In this document: positions 33,401 through 46,000 of the stretch, one piece after another | How the letters are laid out: each line of letters opens with the position of its first letter | Position numbering within the stretch: the first letter of the stretch is position 1 | NCBI GenBank assembly: GCA_029953675.1 | Contig: JAMWBK010000003.1 | Location: 3,289,002 to 3,353,001, forward strand | DNA from: Rhodosorus marinus CCMP1338 | Lineage: Eukaryota > Plantae > Rhodophyta | Direction of reading: 5' to 3' | DNA length: 64,000 nt | The notes under the pieces: model-generated | The model's database searches: none | Told to the model about the DNA's origin: nothing | Seen by the model: only the letters and a program-made list of their open reading frames with translations | Translations under genes and position numbers: made by a program

Positions 33401-34616
33401 CGTGAAGATGAAATCGAGAATGGTTCCAGCTACTAGAAGGTCTCCACGAGGAAGGACGACTGGGGGAATGCCCCCACGGAGGGGAAGCGAGCCTCCTTCC
33501 AAAGAAATCCACCGCCGGAGCCAACTCCGAAAACGCGTACGCCAAATGCCCCAGTCTCCGCCCTCCTTCAGGACATAACACTGTAGATCCATAGGCTGCG
33601 ACCTCGCAGCCGTGCCTGGAGCGCTAATCGTGCTTCTCCCCTTAGACCCGGGGAGTCGGTCCTCGCTCTCTTACCTCCTATCCGCACCAAAGTCGTGAGC
33701 CGCCCACTCCGCGAGGCTCGCGGAACGGATCCCGCGGGCTTCAGCAAAGTAACCTGGGCGTCCTCCACCGCCATGCCCTCAGTCTGCTCCCCTGCCTCAC
33801 CACTCTCGCTGGAAGTAGTGCTGGAAGCAGAGCCCTCCAAAATCCCCACCCGCTGCAGCTCTGTCTTGTAGCGCGAAGTCAGCACAAGTCGCCTCTCCAG
33901 ATCGAAGAAATTGGAAACCGCCATGCGCAGGTGACGAGGGCCCGACCGGAACCGCTCCAACAAGATCCTCTCAAGGCGCTGAATCCGTAGCCAATGGATC
34001 GCTGCCGCCTTCACGCTGCTCTCATGCTCAGAGAGCCCTGCCGTTTCTCCCGGAGACAGGAAATTGCCCGAGAAACGGTCAAAATCGAAGTGCAAAACCA
34101 CCTGCGGGTTGCAGCGCAGCCACCGGGCGCTCTCAGGCCACTGCTCGGTAGGCTTCGCCAGCAAGGCCTCCAGGTACTTGGCGGCGGTTGCGGAGACCAA
34201 AAAGCACATCGCGGCCCTCATAGTTTGCGAAGAAGAAATCACCCCGGCTGCACCCTAACGATTCCGCAAAAGTGTCCCGGAAGTCTCGCATAGACGGAAC
34301 CTGTCCTCGTGTAGTCTGGGGCCGGACATTTCGCACCCACAGAAATTGGAGAGTGGTCTCCACAGGTCCATCCTGAGGCTCGCGAGATGGTATGAAACGG
34401 AGCATAGCCGCCGTACGTGTGGCAGTGGTGCCCTTCCGCAAGACTGATGCGTACGAAGCGCCCCCCTTGCGGCCACCACGTGCCCCCGAAGTAGCCGGGA
34501 GCTGGTGACCACCTGAGGGCTGGTCCAAGAGAGGGAAGTCCACAGCTGCAGTCTCCTCCACACCGGTTGCCGCACAGTCACCACCACCATTGCCTCGAGT
34601 CCCCGAGCGCTGAAGC
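30473..34616 (-). mobile_element. Family C element: complete ORF2 plus the 3' half of ORF1
   Basis: 3' end TAAAGTCC at 30473-30480, ORF2 at 30521-33592, ORF1 fragments at 33568-34590. Confidence 0.92.
30521..33592 (-). CDS. Family C ORF2: RT + CCHC Zn knuckle + restriction-like endonuclease (1023 aa, open)
   Basis: CPGPSGLRTELL, RPIGMVE, QVGVGFSGGCE, DFRNAFN, GVQQGDPCGP, AYHDD, CQGC-X9-H-X4-C, IADLLVS...YVDLAI, KERRY. Confidence 0.92.
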   Translation of the reverse strand: MDLQCYVLKEGGDWGIWRTRFRSWLRRWISLEGGSLPLRGGIPPVVLPRGDLLVAGTILDFIFTSLARNIRDTVIWVFLGVMPRLILAPIHTSERRWRVRDRLALFLKGDFEVLQRSYLASSAPSACRTRHGTVSPVPARVQKLVAVGDLSRAARVLEGQAPVLPYDDSLAQTVSSLFPESDVDLSPEFEVFLDRPELARFRIDLTLSESDLEDLLRTSRRGRCPGPSGLRTELLQALSQPGQSALLRILNKLFQGVSGASAPWEHLRQAQLCLLTKPDHQPAHPRLRPIGMVESLRKLAGRWLCQRLRQRVTAFMAPLQVGVGFSGGCELITHGIELERASRPDWGVLVVDFRNAFNSVSRTHALEVLRRVFPEAWPFLSGIYGGESLPYLTTEGTVFQAHTGVQQGDPCGPLLHACALQLVLLRLSTEVSDLRICAYHDDVTLLGTPDTLARGLTAIEAIARRVGLTLETEKCRFLPPRDVSLNSLPPILRLISEREGFEHHGVGLGTDKFVQASCERVLARHKQLTDAIEHLPDSMLQSACLLSRFCAGPRLNYWLRSLPPAWGSWIAAKADEMTLQHWGTLLDEPLDLEAAPDRDLIRAQIALPLRLGGFGVADRGLVCSPAAVASWATALRTLVTFQMRSACLLARALTNEDPVTLPPPLLTIYDGLQHAFRKCNAVPDANRSRFRSWWELLWGRAEAIEDCPLDRVLADDGEASPGSPVADYPGLSRLWSSRTDVIQHSLTWGQHSAAHTVMLNSPLTPPTTAARLRGMGGHLSHLWLTTLPSSLSHRLDAFQFRSAARIYLGLPQAPWHSNRPSFCQGCESRIDACGYHFLGSCGLLRGLRTRRHTRLKYILSEFLTRIGHTVEVESELPRSISDSAPPRCIADLLVSDAAARRSTYVDLAITCPVASAHLTAAARRRGAAASALRRVKERRYAESMASLPCAEGRSHRFQPFIVESFGHVDKSGLEWLRKCFAEHPTEYLALLRRLSVSLWRYSSDMLSEARHRRLGLHTSLPSY

Positions 34617-34805
34617 GCTTCAGGCTATTTCTGGACTTTACTAGCTTTTTTTTTTTTTTTTTTTTAGTTCATCTTCACGCCTTGCGTAGCGCTTCAGGCT
34701 ATTTATAGCATAGCCTGAAGCGCTACGCAAGGCGTGAAGATGAACTAATAACTAGGGAGGGAAGTATGCAACCCCAGGCGCCGATGGCGCGCCTCGGAAA
34801 GCATA
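34617..34805. repeat. Cluster of C 3'-end fragments in alternating orientation, with a T-run and a 37-bp perfect inverted repeat
   Basis: AGTTCATCTTCACGCCTTGCGTAGCGCTTCAGGCTAT, then TTATAGC, then its reverse complement (~34666-34746). Confidence 0.85.
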
Positions 34806-35344
34806 TCCAAACTAGCTCGTCCTCCCTCCCCATCAATGACGCACACACAAGCATGCACCAAGATTTCTCTCGCAAGGACGTCATCTCATATGCCTCCGGA
34901 TAGTTATAAGATGACATGTAGAGATGGAATCATATCCGTGGGAAAAAGGGTCCTCTATAATAACATGCACGGTCAGTACTTCCGGGTACCTTTTTGGGAG
35001 ACGCAGCTGGCTCCGGCTAATAGGTACGACCACATAGCCTCACTGTAGAGACTTTTCTATGCGTGGAAAACGTGTTCCAACAGGTAAGTGACCAGTAATA
35101 CCCGAATACCTGTAATACTGAAAACGAAATCAGTTTCGGGGTTTTGCCTTTCGTGCTTTTCGAATTCGAGAAAACGACGCACTGTAAGGCCCGGCTAAAG
35201 ATGGAGTAATCGCCCTATGATGTGCAGCGGCGCTATGGGTTTACCACTCGAAGACAGGTGCGACCGAAAAATAGTGCCCAGAAGTATTGAACCACACGTA
35301 TCGGTATAGGGAAAGCACTCGTATTTTCTGAACAATTGTAGAAT

Positions 35345-35999
35345 GACGCTTGTGGCTACCACTTCCTGGGTTCCTGCGGACTGTTGAGAGGTCTCCGTAC
35401 GAGGCGTCACACTCGCCTCAAGTACATCCTCAGCGAATTTTTGACTCGGATAGGGCATACGGTTGAGGTTGAGTCGGAACTGCCCAGATCAATCTCGGAC
35501 TCTGCACCGCCCCGTTGTATAGCCGATCTCCTCGTCTCCGACGCTGCTGCCAGACGCTCAACATATGTGGACCTTGCGATTACCTGCCCCGTGGCCAGCG
35601 CCCACCTCACCGCAGCCGCCCGCCGCCGGGGCGCCGCGGCTTCAGCCCTTCGAAGAGTTAAGGAACGACGGTATGCTGAGAGCATGGCCAGTCTGCCTTG
35701 CGCTGAGGGTCGCTCTCACCGGTTCCAGCCATTCATTGTGGAAAGCTTTGGTCACGTCGATAAGTCGGGTTTAGAGTGGTTGCGGAAATGTTTTGCTGAG
35801 CATCCTACTGAATATTTGGCGCTCTTGAGGCGTTTAAGTGTCTCCCTTTGGCGATATTCCAGCGACATGCTTTCCGAGGCGCGCCATCGGCGCCTGGGGT
35901 TGCATACTTCCCTCCCTAGTTATTAGTTCATCTTCACGCCTTGCGTAGCGCTTCAGGCTATGCTACTAAAGTCCAGTAAAGTCAAGTAAAGTCCAGTCC
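35345..35999 (+). mobile_element. Family C, 5'-truncated copy with reiterated tail
   Basis: ORF 35384-35926 gives the same protein as the C-terminus of 30521-33592. It ends TAAAGTCC followed by AGTAAAGTCAAGTAAAGTCCAGTCC. Confidence 0.92.
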
Positions 36000-36266
36000 A
36001 GTTCATGGTTTGGTCTAGATGGAAGACGAGTTGTGACCTAGTCTAAGGTTCTAAATTGGCTCGAATGTAGTTGTAGTTAGGGAGACCACGTAGATGAAAG
36101 CGAAGGGACCCTTGTGAGCATCCGAGCGAGACCTACCAGAGGTTGGCCCGAAAGTACGTTGTGGGGGAAATTTCTGAACAGTTTTTTCCGGGAATAGACG
36201 GTAATGTCGGTAATAAGTTGCTGGTTGCGTTAAAAATCGGCTCTGCGCTAATATATCTATAGGAAC

Positions 36267-36362
36267 GTGCGCCAACATAGCTGTAGGGGAATCGTGCGCC
36301 AACATAGCTGTAGGGGAATCCTGCGCCAACATATCTGTAGGGGAATCCTGCGACAACATATC
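36267..36362 (+). repeat. 27-bp minisatellite, ~3.5 copies
   Basis: Unit is (G/C)TGCGCCAACATAGCTGTAGGGGAATC. Confidence 0.85.
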
Positions 36363-36599
36363 GACCCCAAAAGGGTAGCAAGACGCTGAAACCTGCTCCT
36401 AGAGCGGATTCTGGCTCAGTGCTTTGAGATCGAGTGAGGGCTCATCATTAGTTTATTCAGAGCCTGACTACCCTGAGAAGCGAGAGACAAGACGATGATG
36501 GACGCATGCCTACAAAGCAGCATTTGAGCGTCACAGGGTCAAAGAAAGCTCCGTGAGCAGACTAACTAGGCGCCCTGGGTCGTTGCAAGAGAAAGCACG

Positions 36600-37870
36600 G
36601 GGTCTGTGGCTAGTCGGGTGAAAGCAGTTTGCTTTGGGTGTGCCTCTCTCGATAGGGTTGTTGAACGGAGCCTCGCTTCATTCCAGGCAAGTCAGCGGGA
36701 GGGATGGACTGCAGGTGCAATAGACAGGTACATGGGGCTGGTAAGTCGTCGAATGCGGGGGGTTGCTGAAGGTCAAGTCGCCGCTTCGATTGCCTCGCTC
36801 GCGGTCATGATTTGGAGAGGCACGTTTTCGGTAGAGCGGAGGAGACCTCTTGAATGGTTGAGAGATTGAGGCCTGCGGCTTGCACAGTCTTGTCTATTGG
36901 CGTCTTCAGGTGAGGGCAATAGCCCCTGTTGGCCGTCAAGGTTTGCATCCAAGCCGCGTAGAGGAGATGGATTGGATGCGCCTTCGCGTGCAGAAGACCA
37001 GCCACCGTCATCAACAGGGGAGCGCCATCTGTTTCCAGGCCGGGTGGTTGCCATCGGGATCTTCTGCGTTGGTGGTAAGGAAGGTGGGCAATCTCCTTCG
37101 CCAGGACTTCATGTTGGTTCTGAATGCTACGAAGTGTCTGCATCACATATTTTCTCGTCCCGACCGGGATCGAGTGAATGGTTACTCCTTCGCGTGATAC
37201 AAGGACCTGTTCCATATTGCTGGTGGCTAGACGAGGGGATGGAATGTGGTGCCCAAACAATGTGCCTTTTAGAGGTTGGAGCACTACTCCAATTGTAAGG
37301 AACGTCTTCTGACTCCATCGTAGGGCCGCTTTCAGGGATTCCATTGGGCCCACGGGAATAGCCGCAGTAGTGAGCTCCGGACGCCTGGTGTGTAGTGCTT
37401 CGATGAAAGGTGCCAGGGCTAGGGCGTGCAGAGCGGGTCCAAAGGGATCAGCTTGTTGTACTCCCATCGTCGCTTGTTAAAAGAGTCGGTCTGGGTGTAG
37501 GTTGCCATCCGTAGCCTAGGGGCGCCAGCCGAGAAGTGTAGTTGAGTCCTTACAGTCACGGCCATATCCCAGCTGTAGATGGCCGCCAGTTCAGGGTAGT
37601 GGTGGTTGACGAGTTGTTTAGCAATACGCCGATCAATTCGGTTGAACCCATTGGCGAGGACGAGTCGTACGACCACCGATTTTGGCTCAGAATACAGGTG
37701 GGCCTCTATAGCGTGCGGGCACCTTTCGCATCCTCCGCTGACGGCCTAGGACCCACTGTGTTGCGAGTTTCCGGAGGACCTCTGGAACGCCAATAGGTCG
37801 AAAGGCAGGGTTCGTATGTGACGACCCAGTGGTAGAGGCTAACAAACCCCTACCACCACCGCTCGCCTCC
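36600..37870 (-). mobile_element. Degenerate family A-like RT fragment
   Basis: FRPIGVPEVLRKLATQW, NGFNRIDRRIAKQL and GVQQADPFGP are spread over several frames. Confidence 0.75.
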
Positions 37871-38650
37871 GCGGCATGGGAGGCCATCTATCACCTTTGT
37901 GGTTAACGACCCTGCCTTCGTCACTGGGTCACAGTCTCGATGCCTTTCAGTTCCGCTCGGCCGCACGAATCTATCTGGGCCTGCCACAAGCTCCGTGGCA
38001 CTCTAACCGGCCGTCTTTCTGTCAGGGATGTGAGAGTCGGATCGATGCTTGTGGTAACCACTTCTTAGGTTCATGCGGACTGTTGAGAGGTCTTCGTACG
38101 AGGCGTCACACTCGCTTCAAGTACATCCTCAGCGAATGTTTGACTCGGGTAGGGCATACGGTTGAGGTGGAATCGGAACTACCCAGATCGGTCTCGGACA
38201 CGGTACCGCCCCGCTGTATTGCAGATCTCCTCGTCTCCGATGTTGCCGCCAGACGCTCAGCATATGTTGACCTCGCGATTAAATGCCCTGTGCCAAGCGC
38301 CCATCTCACGGCTGCAGCCCGCCGCCGGGGAGCAGCTGCTTCGGCCCTCCGCAGAGTGAAGGAACGACGGTATGCTGAGAGTATGGCCAGCCAGCCTCGC
38401 GCTGAGGGTCGCTCCCACCTTTCATTGTGGAAAGCTTTGGTCACGTGGAGAAGTCGGGTTTGGTGTGGTTGCGGAAATGTTTCACTGAGCATCCTGTTGA
38501 ATGCTTGGAACTTTTGCGGCGCTTAAGTGTCTCTCTGTGGCGATATTCGAGCAGCATGCTTGGCGAGGCGCGCAATCGGCGCCTGGGTTTGCACGCTTCC
38601 CTACCTAGTTCTTAGTTCCTTTTGGCGTTTTGCGTAGCGCTTTAGGCTAG
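37870..38650 (+). mobile_element. Diverged family C 3' fragment
   Basis: ORFs 37876-38526 and 38427-38615 match the C Zn knuckle and RLE. Confidence 0.85.
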
Positions 38651-38929
38651 GCTAATTAAAGCAACTAAACCAGTATTCTGCACAACGAGTGTGACCGCTC
38701 TTCCCATCTCTCTTCTCTACAAACACCCGCACCCGTTCCGTCCAATTCCTCCTTACCGACTAACAAAAACTCCTGTCAGCGCCACGCTCAGTAGAAGACT
38801 TTACCGTAGCTGCCCCTCCACCGCGCCCATTCTCATCCACCTACAAGATCTCCAGCAAAGCGGCCTTAACCTCCACATGGAACAAGATGTCCTCCGAATC
38901 CATATATAGACGATAGCAACCACCTATGA

Positions 38930-39480
38930 AATATGAATGAATTGTTCAATCGGAGACTGAGAAAAAAACCCCGAGGGGCAAAAAGACTAAGCGCCGCGAA
39001 GGTCGCGCGCTTCCAATAGCAACGCAACGTTCATACGCCACAAATAGAAACTCAAGCGAGTAAACAAAGATTGTAAACGGTCCGGGCGTTCGCGGAATAT
39101 CTCCCGAATCCGACGAGATCCAATGGAGTCTACAAACCCAAAGGATTTGATGATTGGAGGCACCAAGCGGTGTGCAAGAGCCGAAGCACGAACCTCTGGG
39201 GTAGACAGAGCTCTCGCATATTTGGCCTCTTTATGGCTACGCATACTGGCTGCAGCATATCCATGGCGCTCTCCCGCTGCAGGCAGATAACAACTAGCCT
39301 AGGGAGTCGGAACAGCCAGGTCAACGTATGTGGTGCTGCGGCTATCGTCGCAGCTAACTACTAGGTCGGCCACTCTGCGCTCATCGTTTTGGGAGTCGGC
39401 GACAGGCAGGGGCTTCTCACGTTCAATTTCGAGTCCGGCTTGCCGTGCGATGGGCCGAATTTCACGGTATAATAAGCTTA
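38930..39480 (-). mobile_element. Family E 3' fragment
   Basis: ADLVVSCDD, ALAHRLVPPII, EARDLRGA and a D/E-type 3' UTR. Confidence 0.8.
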
Positions 39481-40320
39481 TGGAATAAGCGCTCACCACC
39501 TCTAAGCGCAGCCCCTCGTCTCGAGCGGAAGCAGCATCACGCTTTTCCCCCCTACGCCGGGTAAAATTCGAACTAGTTCAAGCCCGATAATACCGACACA
39601 AGAGTCCTCTCAACCAGCCCCCTTTCCCTACCGGTCTCTGACGTTCAGCCTCCGATTCAGCTGGCTTGGCTTTATGGCTTTATAAACCAAAAGCCATAAA
39701 TTAAAGCCTCCGATCGTAAGGTTTGCACGCTTCCCTACCTCGGATTGGCTGGATCATCCAACCTAACGGTTTTATTAATTCATCATCATCATTTATTGGT
39801 TCTATTCATTTGTTGGCATCCATTGGCTTTATTGGTTTTATTACCCATGCGCCGATGGCGCCTGGGTTCGCACGCAATTGGCTTTATTAGCATCCATTAG
39901 CATCCAACCTACTCAACCGACATTTCTTCTGAGTACCGTAGTCTCTCAAAAATGAGTATGTTTTACAGAGCGAGATATCCGCTGACAATTCGTTCGACGA
40001 TGTAAACTGCGAAAACTGATGTGACCGTCTAACGACGTTTTGGTAGTCTCGGATTGGCTGTATCCACTTTTCTTCTGGGATCGGATCGTGCAGCTGCAAC
40101 GTCAAAGCAGCGTTGGAGCGTTCATACGCCACAGCAAGAGACTGGGCTGGACTTTTGAATGAATTGTTTAATCGGAGGCTGGAAGAAAAAAAACCGGAGG
40201 GGAAAAAGATACTGAGCGCCACGAAGGTAGTGCGCCTCTAATATCAACGCAGCATTCATACGCCATAACAAGAAACTTCAGGGTGAAGACATTCCGGGCG
40301 TTCGCGGAATATCTCCGAAA

Positions 40321-40645
40321 GGTTTGCACGATTTCCCTCGTTCTTGTTTGTACCTTTTTTCACGCCTTGCGTAAGGTCAGGCTTTGATAGGAAACTTGAC
40401 AGCAAAGATTCACCCCCCCCAAGGGAGCAATGACCTAACCCCCTGTCGATCTCGCCCTTCGGGAGATATTCTAGCAACATTCATGCCATGGCGTGCCATT
40501 TGGCCCCTGGGGGGTTTGCACGATTTCCCTCGTTCGTTGTTTGTATTTTTTTTCACGCCTTGCGTACCGTCAGGCTTTGATAGGAAACTTGACATCACAG
40601 ATTCACCCCCTCCCCAAGGGAGCAATGACCTAACCCCCTGTCGAT
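40321..40645 (+). repeat. ~130-bp direct duplication containing a divergent C-like 3' UTR
   Basis: GGTTTGCACGATTTCCCTCGTT...TTCACGCCTTGCGTA...GACCTAACCCCCTGTCGAT occurs at 40321-40450 and ~40514-40645. Confidence 0.7.
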
Positions 40646-41338
40646 GTTCTCCCGACCGAGCGAAACCGGGGCTGGTCTATCGTAAGAAATCCATCTAACA
40701 TCGCCATTTTCCTCCTCCCCCCCCTACTCCCTCGCGACGAAAATGCAGGAAAATCCAGAGCGCCAAAAGTCGAATTTTTGGGTCAAAAGGTTGCGTACAA
40801 AAAAAATGTACGCGAATACGGAATACCGTAAAAAAAAACGGAATGGTCGGGCCCCAAAAGTTGGTTGTTCGGAGAGAGGTGGTGTGAGGAGGGTTTTGGG
40901 GTTTTCGGGGATTGGGGAGGGTGGTGGTTTTTCTTTGGTTTGGTTGGTGTCCAAAAAAAGAGAATCTGTTTTGAGGGGAGATTTTTATTTTATTTTTTTT
41001 TTGGGGGGGAGCGGGAGGGGGTGGATCCAGCCGAGCGCTACCAGAAGGTCTTTCCTGTGTTGTAGCGAATTTTTCCACTCGAGTACAAAGGAGGAGAGAC
41101 GTTGGCGATTCTCGGGGGATGGTGCCGGAGGGGCAGGAGGGGGGAGACGGGGGAGTGTGGGGTAGTTTTCCTACTTGAACGAAGCGCGGGGGGCTTAGAG
41201 GGCGAGGAGAGAAGTGGGGGAGAGGGAAGCGACTACTAGTCGGGGTGGGTGTTTTTTATTTTTTTAATTCTGTGCGGTTGTGTGGTGGTCTAGTCTGGGT
41301 TTGGAGCTCGCCGTCTTTGGTTCTGTGGAATCGGCGAA

Positions 41339-44300
41339 ATGCTTGCTTTTCGGGGCCGTCGGGCGGCGCTGGTCTTGCTCCCGCTGCTTGTGGCGGCGAG
41401 TTACTCTTCTTCTCTGAAGATGGAGGTCTTCTCGAGGGAGAATTACAAGTACAGCTGTTTAGACAGTTTATCCAGTACGGACATTGCCATGCTTGGTGAG
41501 GATGGCGAGGTCTGTGTGGACCTCTCGACAAAATCGGGCGACCGCCGTCGGCATCCTGACCTTCCAGAAGTACTGGCACGTGCCTGTGCAAGCTTGAACG
41601 AAGACAGGGACCGACTGCAGGTCCAGTTCAAAATTCTTGATGGGTTTGCGGGTGATTTTGCGCTCAAAAGGACTCAGGGAGGAGCGTATGGGTGGTTGGG
41701 ACAGATTCCACGCGCCGCCTTCCAAGCGTATAGAACGACTACCTGGCATACGGGCGATACGACAGAAACCACCATGAGTTTGGACTTGACGATCGTCCAC
41801 CGCGAGTGCTGCTCCAAGGGAATCTTGCTAACCTTGAGAGCGATGGTTTATCCGACATCGTCTCCGGGATCCCGCCTTCTCCTCTACCCGGCTGAAGATG
41901 ACAGCCGGATTTGCCGGAGAAACTATCAGAGCCGTGTGATGACGTGCAAAGTGCCTGTCTCTTGCGAAGAAGATTCGTGCCCGGTTCGCGACACTGGTGC
42001 AACAACCTGCGATCGAACCGAGTGCCCGGATACGACTTCTACCGAAGGACCGGTTGATTGTGAGATCGTCGAAGAGGACGTAGGTTCAGAGTGTAGTTTC
42101 TATGGAGACGCAGGAGTAGGTTTCCCAAAATCGGTGCAATAGCTCGCTGAGCTTTCCGAATACTCACTCTGTATTGCACTCTATTTCTAGACATGGCAAT
42201 TGGGTACGATCGGAAACCAATGTGTCTGTGAGCTCAACGAAACCCCGGTGCCCTGTAATATCCCCACCGAGGAGGACGAGATCTTTCCAGGCGATCGCTG
42301 CTTCTCTAGGTCGGCCGTGAATGCTGTAGCCATTCGTACTTCCACTAACGGTGATTGCACGTGCTCCGACAACCCTGACGCGGTCATTTGTCCCGGCGAG
42401 CAGGTGTCTGGAACCGAGTGCCTGGGCCGATTCGGAGCACCCGGGGTAGGCGATTTGTTCATGAAGCTCTTGGGAAGATCTTCTAAACCTAGGAGTGCTC
42501 ACCTGTTGCTTACTCACGTTTTGTCTAAAAACAACCAAGGTGCTGGTGAACCTCGGCGATGGTCCTCGGGGTAGGAAGGAGGTAAGTCACGGCACAAGGA
42601 CAAACTATCGAAGAGGAAAAGAACACAGCAGCTCATAGTCGGGTCGTGAACCTCCGCAACGGATTGCGAAACAGTGCGTCTGCGCGGTGCCCTGTGAATA
42701 TGCTACAAACCCCGTATCGAACCCGAGTGCAATTGCCGTGGGTCACGATGGACAGGGGTGCATTCCAGAGCTAGCTGGTTCCGATGTGACACCTCCAGGG
42801 GTAGGCTAATAACTCGCGTCTAAAGAGGTGTTGGAAGCCAAATCGACGAACCTGTGTTTCTAAAACAGCTGCTTCTTGATGAACTCTTCTGCTTCTCACC
42901 TAGGTACTCCGTCAATCGGAACTGGAACTGGGAACCTGCTCCTGCCAGCCATTGCGGAGCGCACTCTTCGACGAGTGCGATATTCCTAATGAAACAGATT
43001 CTTCGGGGGAACCTCTTGGCATACCCGCCGTTCCCTATAGTGCCTGTATCCTCCTTGGTAACATCCGCGGGGTGAGTATCTAAGGGGCACAAGCCAAACG
43101 GACAAAATGAAAGGCGATCAGGCACCGGGGGTTAACCATTGTCGTTTTACGCTTGTATTTCTAGGTCTCTATTCCGACGGACGCGGATCCGGATGTTTGT
43201 GACTGTGTACCGAAAGAGGCTTGTCAGTGTGTCCCTGGTGAGACGTGCGAGTATACCGGTATGTTTCCGGGGGATTCGTGTGAGACCGAGTTTGGCACTG
43301 GGGTAGGGCGCGAAAGCTATGTAAATTGGAGCCGACTTTCCCGTTTCAATTGGGAGTTCTTACCATTTCACATCTCTGCCATAGCTCGTAGCACAGAGAT
43401 CGGACAGTATTGGGTGCAATTGCAGAATTAATTGTACCCTTTCGCCTTGTGACGGCGACCCCGAAGACTGCGAAGACTACACCTTCGGCACATGTGATTT
43501 GGAGGATGGCGAGAGAGGGGTAGGCAGTGAACCCGCTCGGAGACCTTGCCCATAAACGTGCTTCTCACTGAATACTTTTTTTCTTATTACCCCTGGAGTT
43601 AGATCGTAGTACCAACTTCAGTGCCTGGCACATGTACGTGTGAGCGTTGTGATCCGGGCAAGTGTGCGCACCCTGACGCTGGATGCATTGTCGAAGGAAA
43701 GTCGTGCAGTAATCTTAACGGGCTAATGGACGTAAGTTCAATATCTAGAAGTAGAATCGCTTGGCTAGCCGGAGAAGCTCACGTACGCATGCGATCTTTT
43801 TCTGCGCCATTTCAAAACCTTTACAAAGGTCTTCTTCACCGACGACACGACGAAATGTAACTGTGGTTGTGATTTAAGTATCCCAGACCAAGCCGGTAGG
43901 TCCGCAAGTTTAGGAGGCGTTTGTCTTCAAGGTTTAGCCCGTGGCGTGGTATGTGGGAAATATCGAATTGAACGTGCCGTCGAGATGGATCCAGGTGTCG
44001 TGCTTACATATCTCGCGCTCTCTGTCCACACGCGCAACACAGGTCGTGACTGGAAACGAGGAGGGCGAGTGTGGTTGCCAAGTGCAAAACTGCACTTCTT
44101 CAAGCTGTGAAGGCCCCGATTGTGAAACGTTCGATGGCGTCCTAGGAGAGTCATGCGACTCGGACACTGGCGTGAGTCTAGAATCTTCAAGTCAAGATAT
44201 GCGATATCGGAACTCACCGTCCCCTTTGACTCTTGTCCTGTTCCTTCCCTCGAGTGCAGATCGTCGAGATTCTCCAAGACGGCAGTTGCAAATGCCAACC

Positions 44301-44911
44301 GATTTGTCAGACTGTCAACTGCGGCGACGGACCGGAAATCTGCACTGATCCAGACGGGACACCAAAAGTTGGAGATGTGTGCGTCCTTGAATTCGGTAGT
44401 CTTGGGGTTAGTAAATTTCTGGATGAGCGGACAAAAATTCTTGAGGAATGTGACCCCCCAACTTTTCTCCACGGACTGTCCTTCCAGGTTCTAGAAGCCT
44501 CTTCAGATGTCGCTGGTGAATGTGACTGCGTTGCTCCAACCTGCGTTTACACGTATCAAATAAGGATTGGCCGTAACAGTATTGGGACAGGTTTTGGTAA
44601 TCCCGGCGACGCATGTACTACAAGTGAGGCCCCCGGGGTAGGGAGGAAATTCGCCAAGGTCAAAACTCGTCAGCCTTTCGAAATGTCCTCACCTGCATCG
44701 TACGATTCTTGCCGACCAGGTGGTCAGCGACGAATGCGAGTGCGAGCCGTTGTGCGATGTGGAATGCATTCCAGTAGGTTGTCAGACGAATACCGGTCGA
44801 TGCACAGAGGAAATACCCCCAGTAATTGTCAATGGACAATGTTTGACGAGCTCGGAAGTAGCTGGGGTAAGTGGATGTGTTGTATATGACGATGGGCGAG
44901 GCGGAGTATAA
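41339..44911 (+). CDS. Large secreted Cys-rich repeat protein, many short introns, 3' end approximate
   Basis: Signal peptide MLAFRGRRAALVLLPLLVAA. In-frame splice across intron ~42116-42190. Recurrent CxC...PGDxC...GxCxC modules. Confidence 0.65.
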
Positions 44912-44999
44912 TAGTTCTACCAAATTATTGCTTTCGACCACAGTGCTCTTTTGCTACACACATTGAGAAATTAGGTTTTCTCCGGCTCACGCTCTCGTA

Positions 45000-46000
45000 T
45001 GTCCGATTCATTTGTGCTTTAGACCTACCAGCTTGTATCAGGATCCGGCCAATTCTGCGAGTGCGTTGCATCGCGCTAGTATCCGGAAGACCCACTGCGA
45101 GGATGACGGCGGACGATGGCGCGAGAGTCCAGCACCTCAGAAGGTACAGAGGTAACGATAACGATAAATGTGGCCCCTGTGTTCTACGAAGAAACTGTAC
45201 TAGTTGTTTAGCAATGCGCCGATCGATGCGATCGAACACATTGCGAGGTCCACTCGATAAGCGTGGTCGATTATGGTTCGTCACAGTAACAGTAAAGAAA
45301 AACGGCGCTGGCGCGCTAGCTCTGGGGAAACATCGTTAGCTGTCCACTTTGACTCCGTCTGGAATGCTCTAGAAGCCCACGGGACATAGTAGGTGGCCGC
45401 CGAATACAGGTTACGGGACACAACCGAGGCCGGTTACACCGACTAACCGCACAGCGGTTTAGGGATACAAGCACTCAACAAAAAACCGCGGACGCCCGAA
45501 ATAGGCCCTCAAAAGCTCACGCAAAAGGTCGCCTTTTAAGGCTCGTTTTCACCGGTTTCTATCAGAATGGCCTGAAGCGCTACGCAAGGCGTGAAAAAGG
45601 AACTACGACCTAGGGAGGGAAGCGGGCAAACCCAGTCGCCGATGGCGCGCCTCGGCAAGCATGCTGCTAGAATATCGCCACAGGCACAAGTCGACACCAA
45701 TACGTCGTAAGAGTTCGAAGTATTCGGTAGGATGCTCCGCAAAACGTTTCCGCACCCACTCCAAACTCGACTTCTCCACGTGACCAAAGCTCTCCACAAT
45801 GGAGGGCTGGAACCTGTGGGAGCAACCCTCAGCGCATGACAGACTGGTTTTTGAACGAATGAATTGTTTAATCGGAGACTGAAAGAAAAAACGCCGAGGG
45901 GAAAAAAGAAGACTAAGCGCCGCGAAGGTCGCGCGCCTCCAATAGTAACGTGGCGTTCGTGCGCCACATCAAGAAACTCAATCGCGTAAACAAACAGTAT
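45000..46000 (-). mobile_element. Stacked short fragments of A-like RT, C 3' end and E 3' end
   Basis: NVFDRIDRRIAKQLVQ (45150-45284), ESFGHVEKSSLEW (45603-45797) and the E 3' UTR (45850-46000). Confidence 0.7.
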
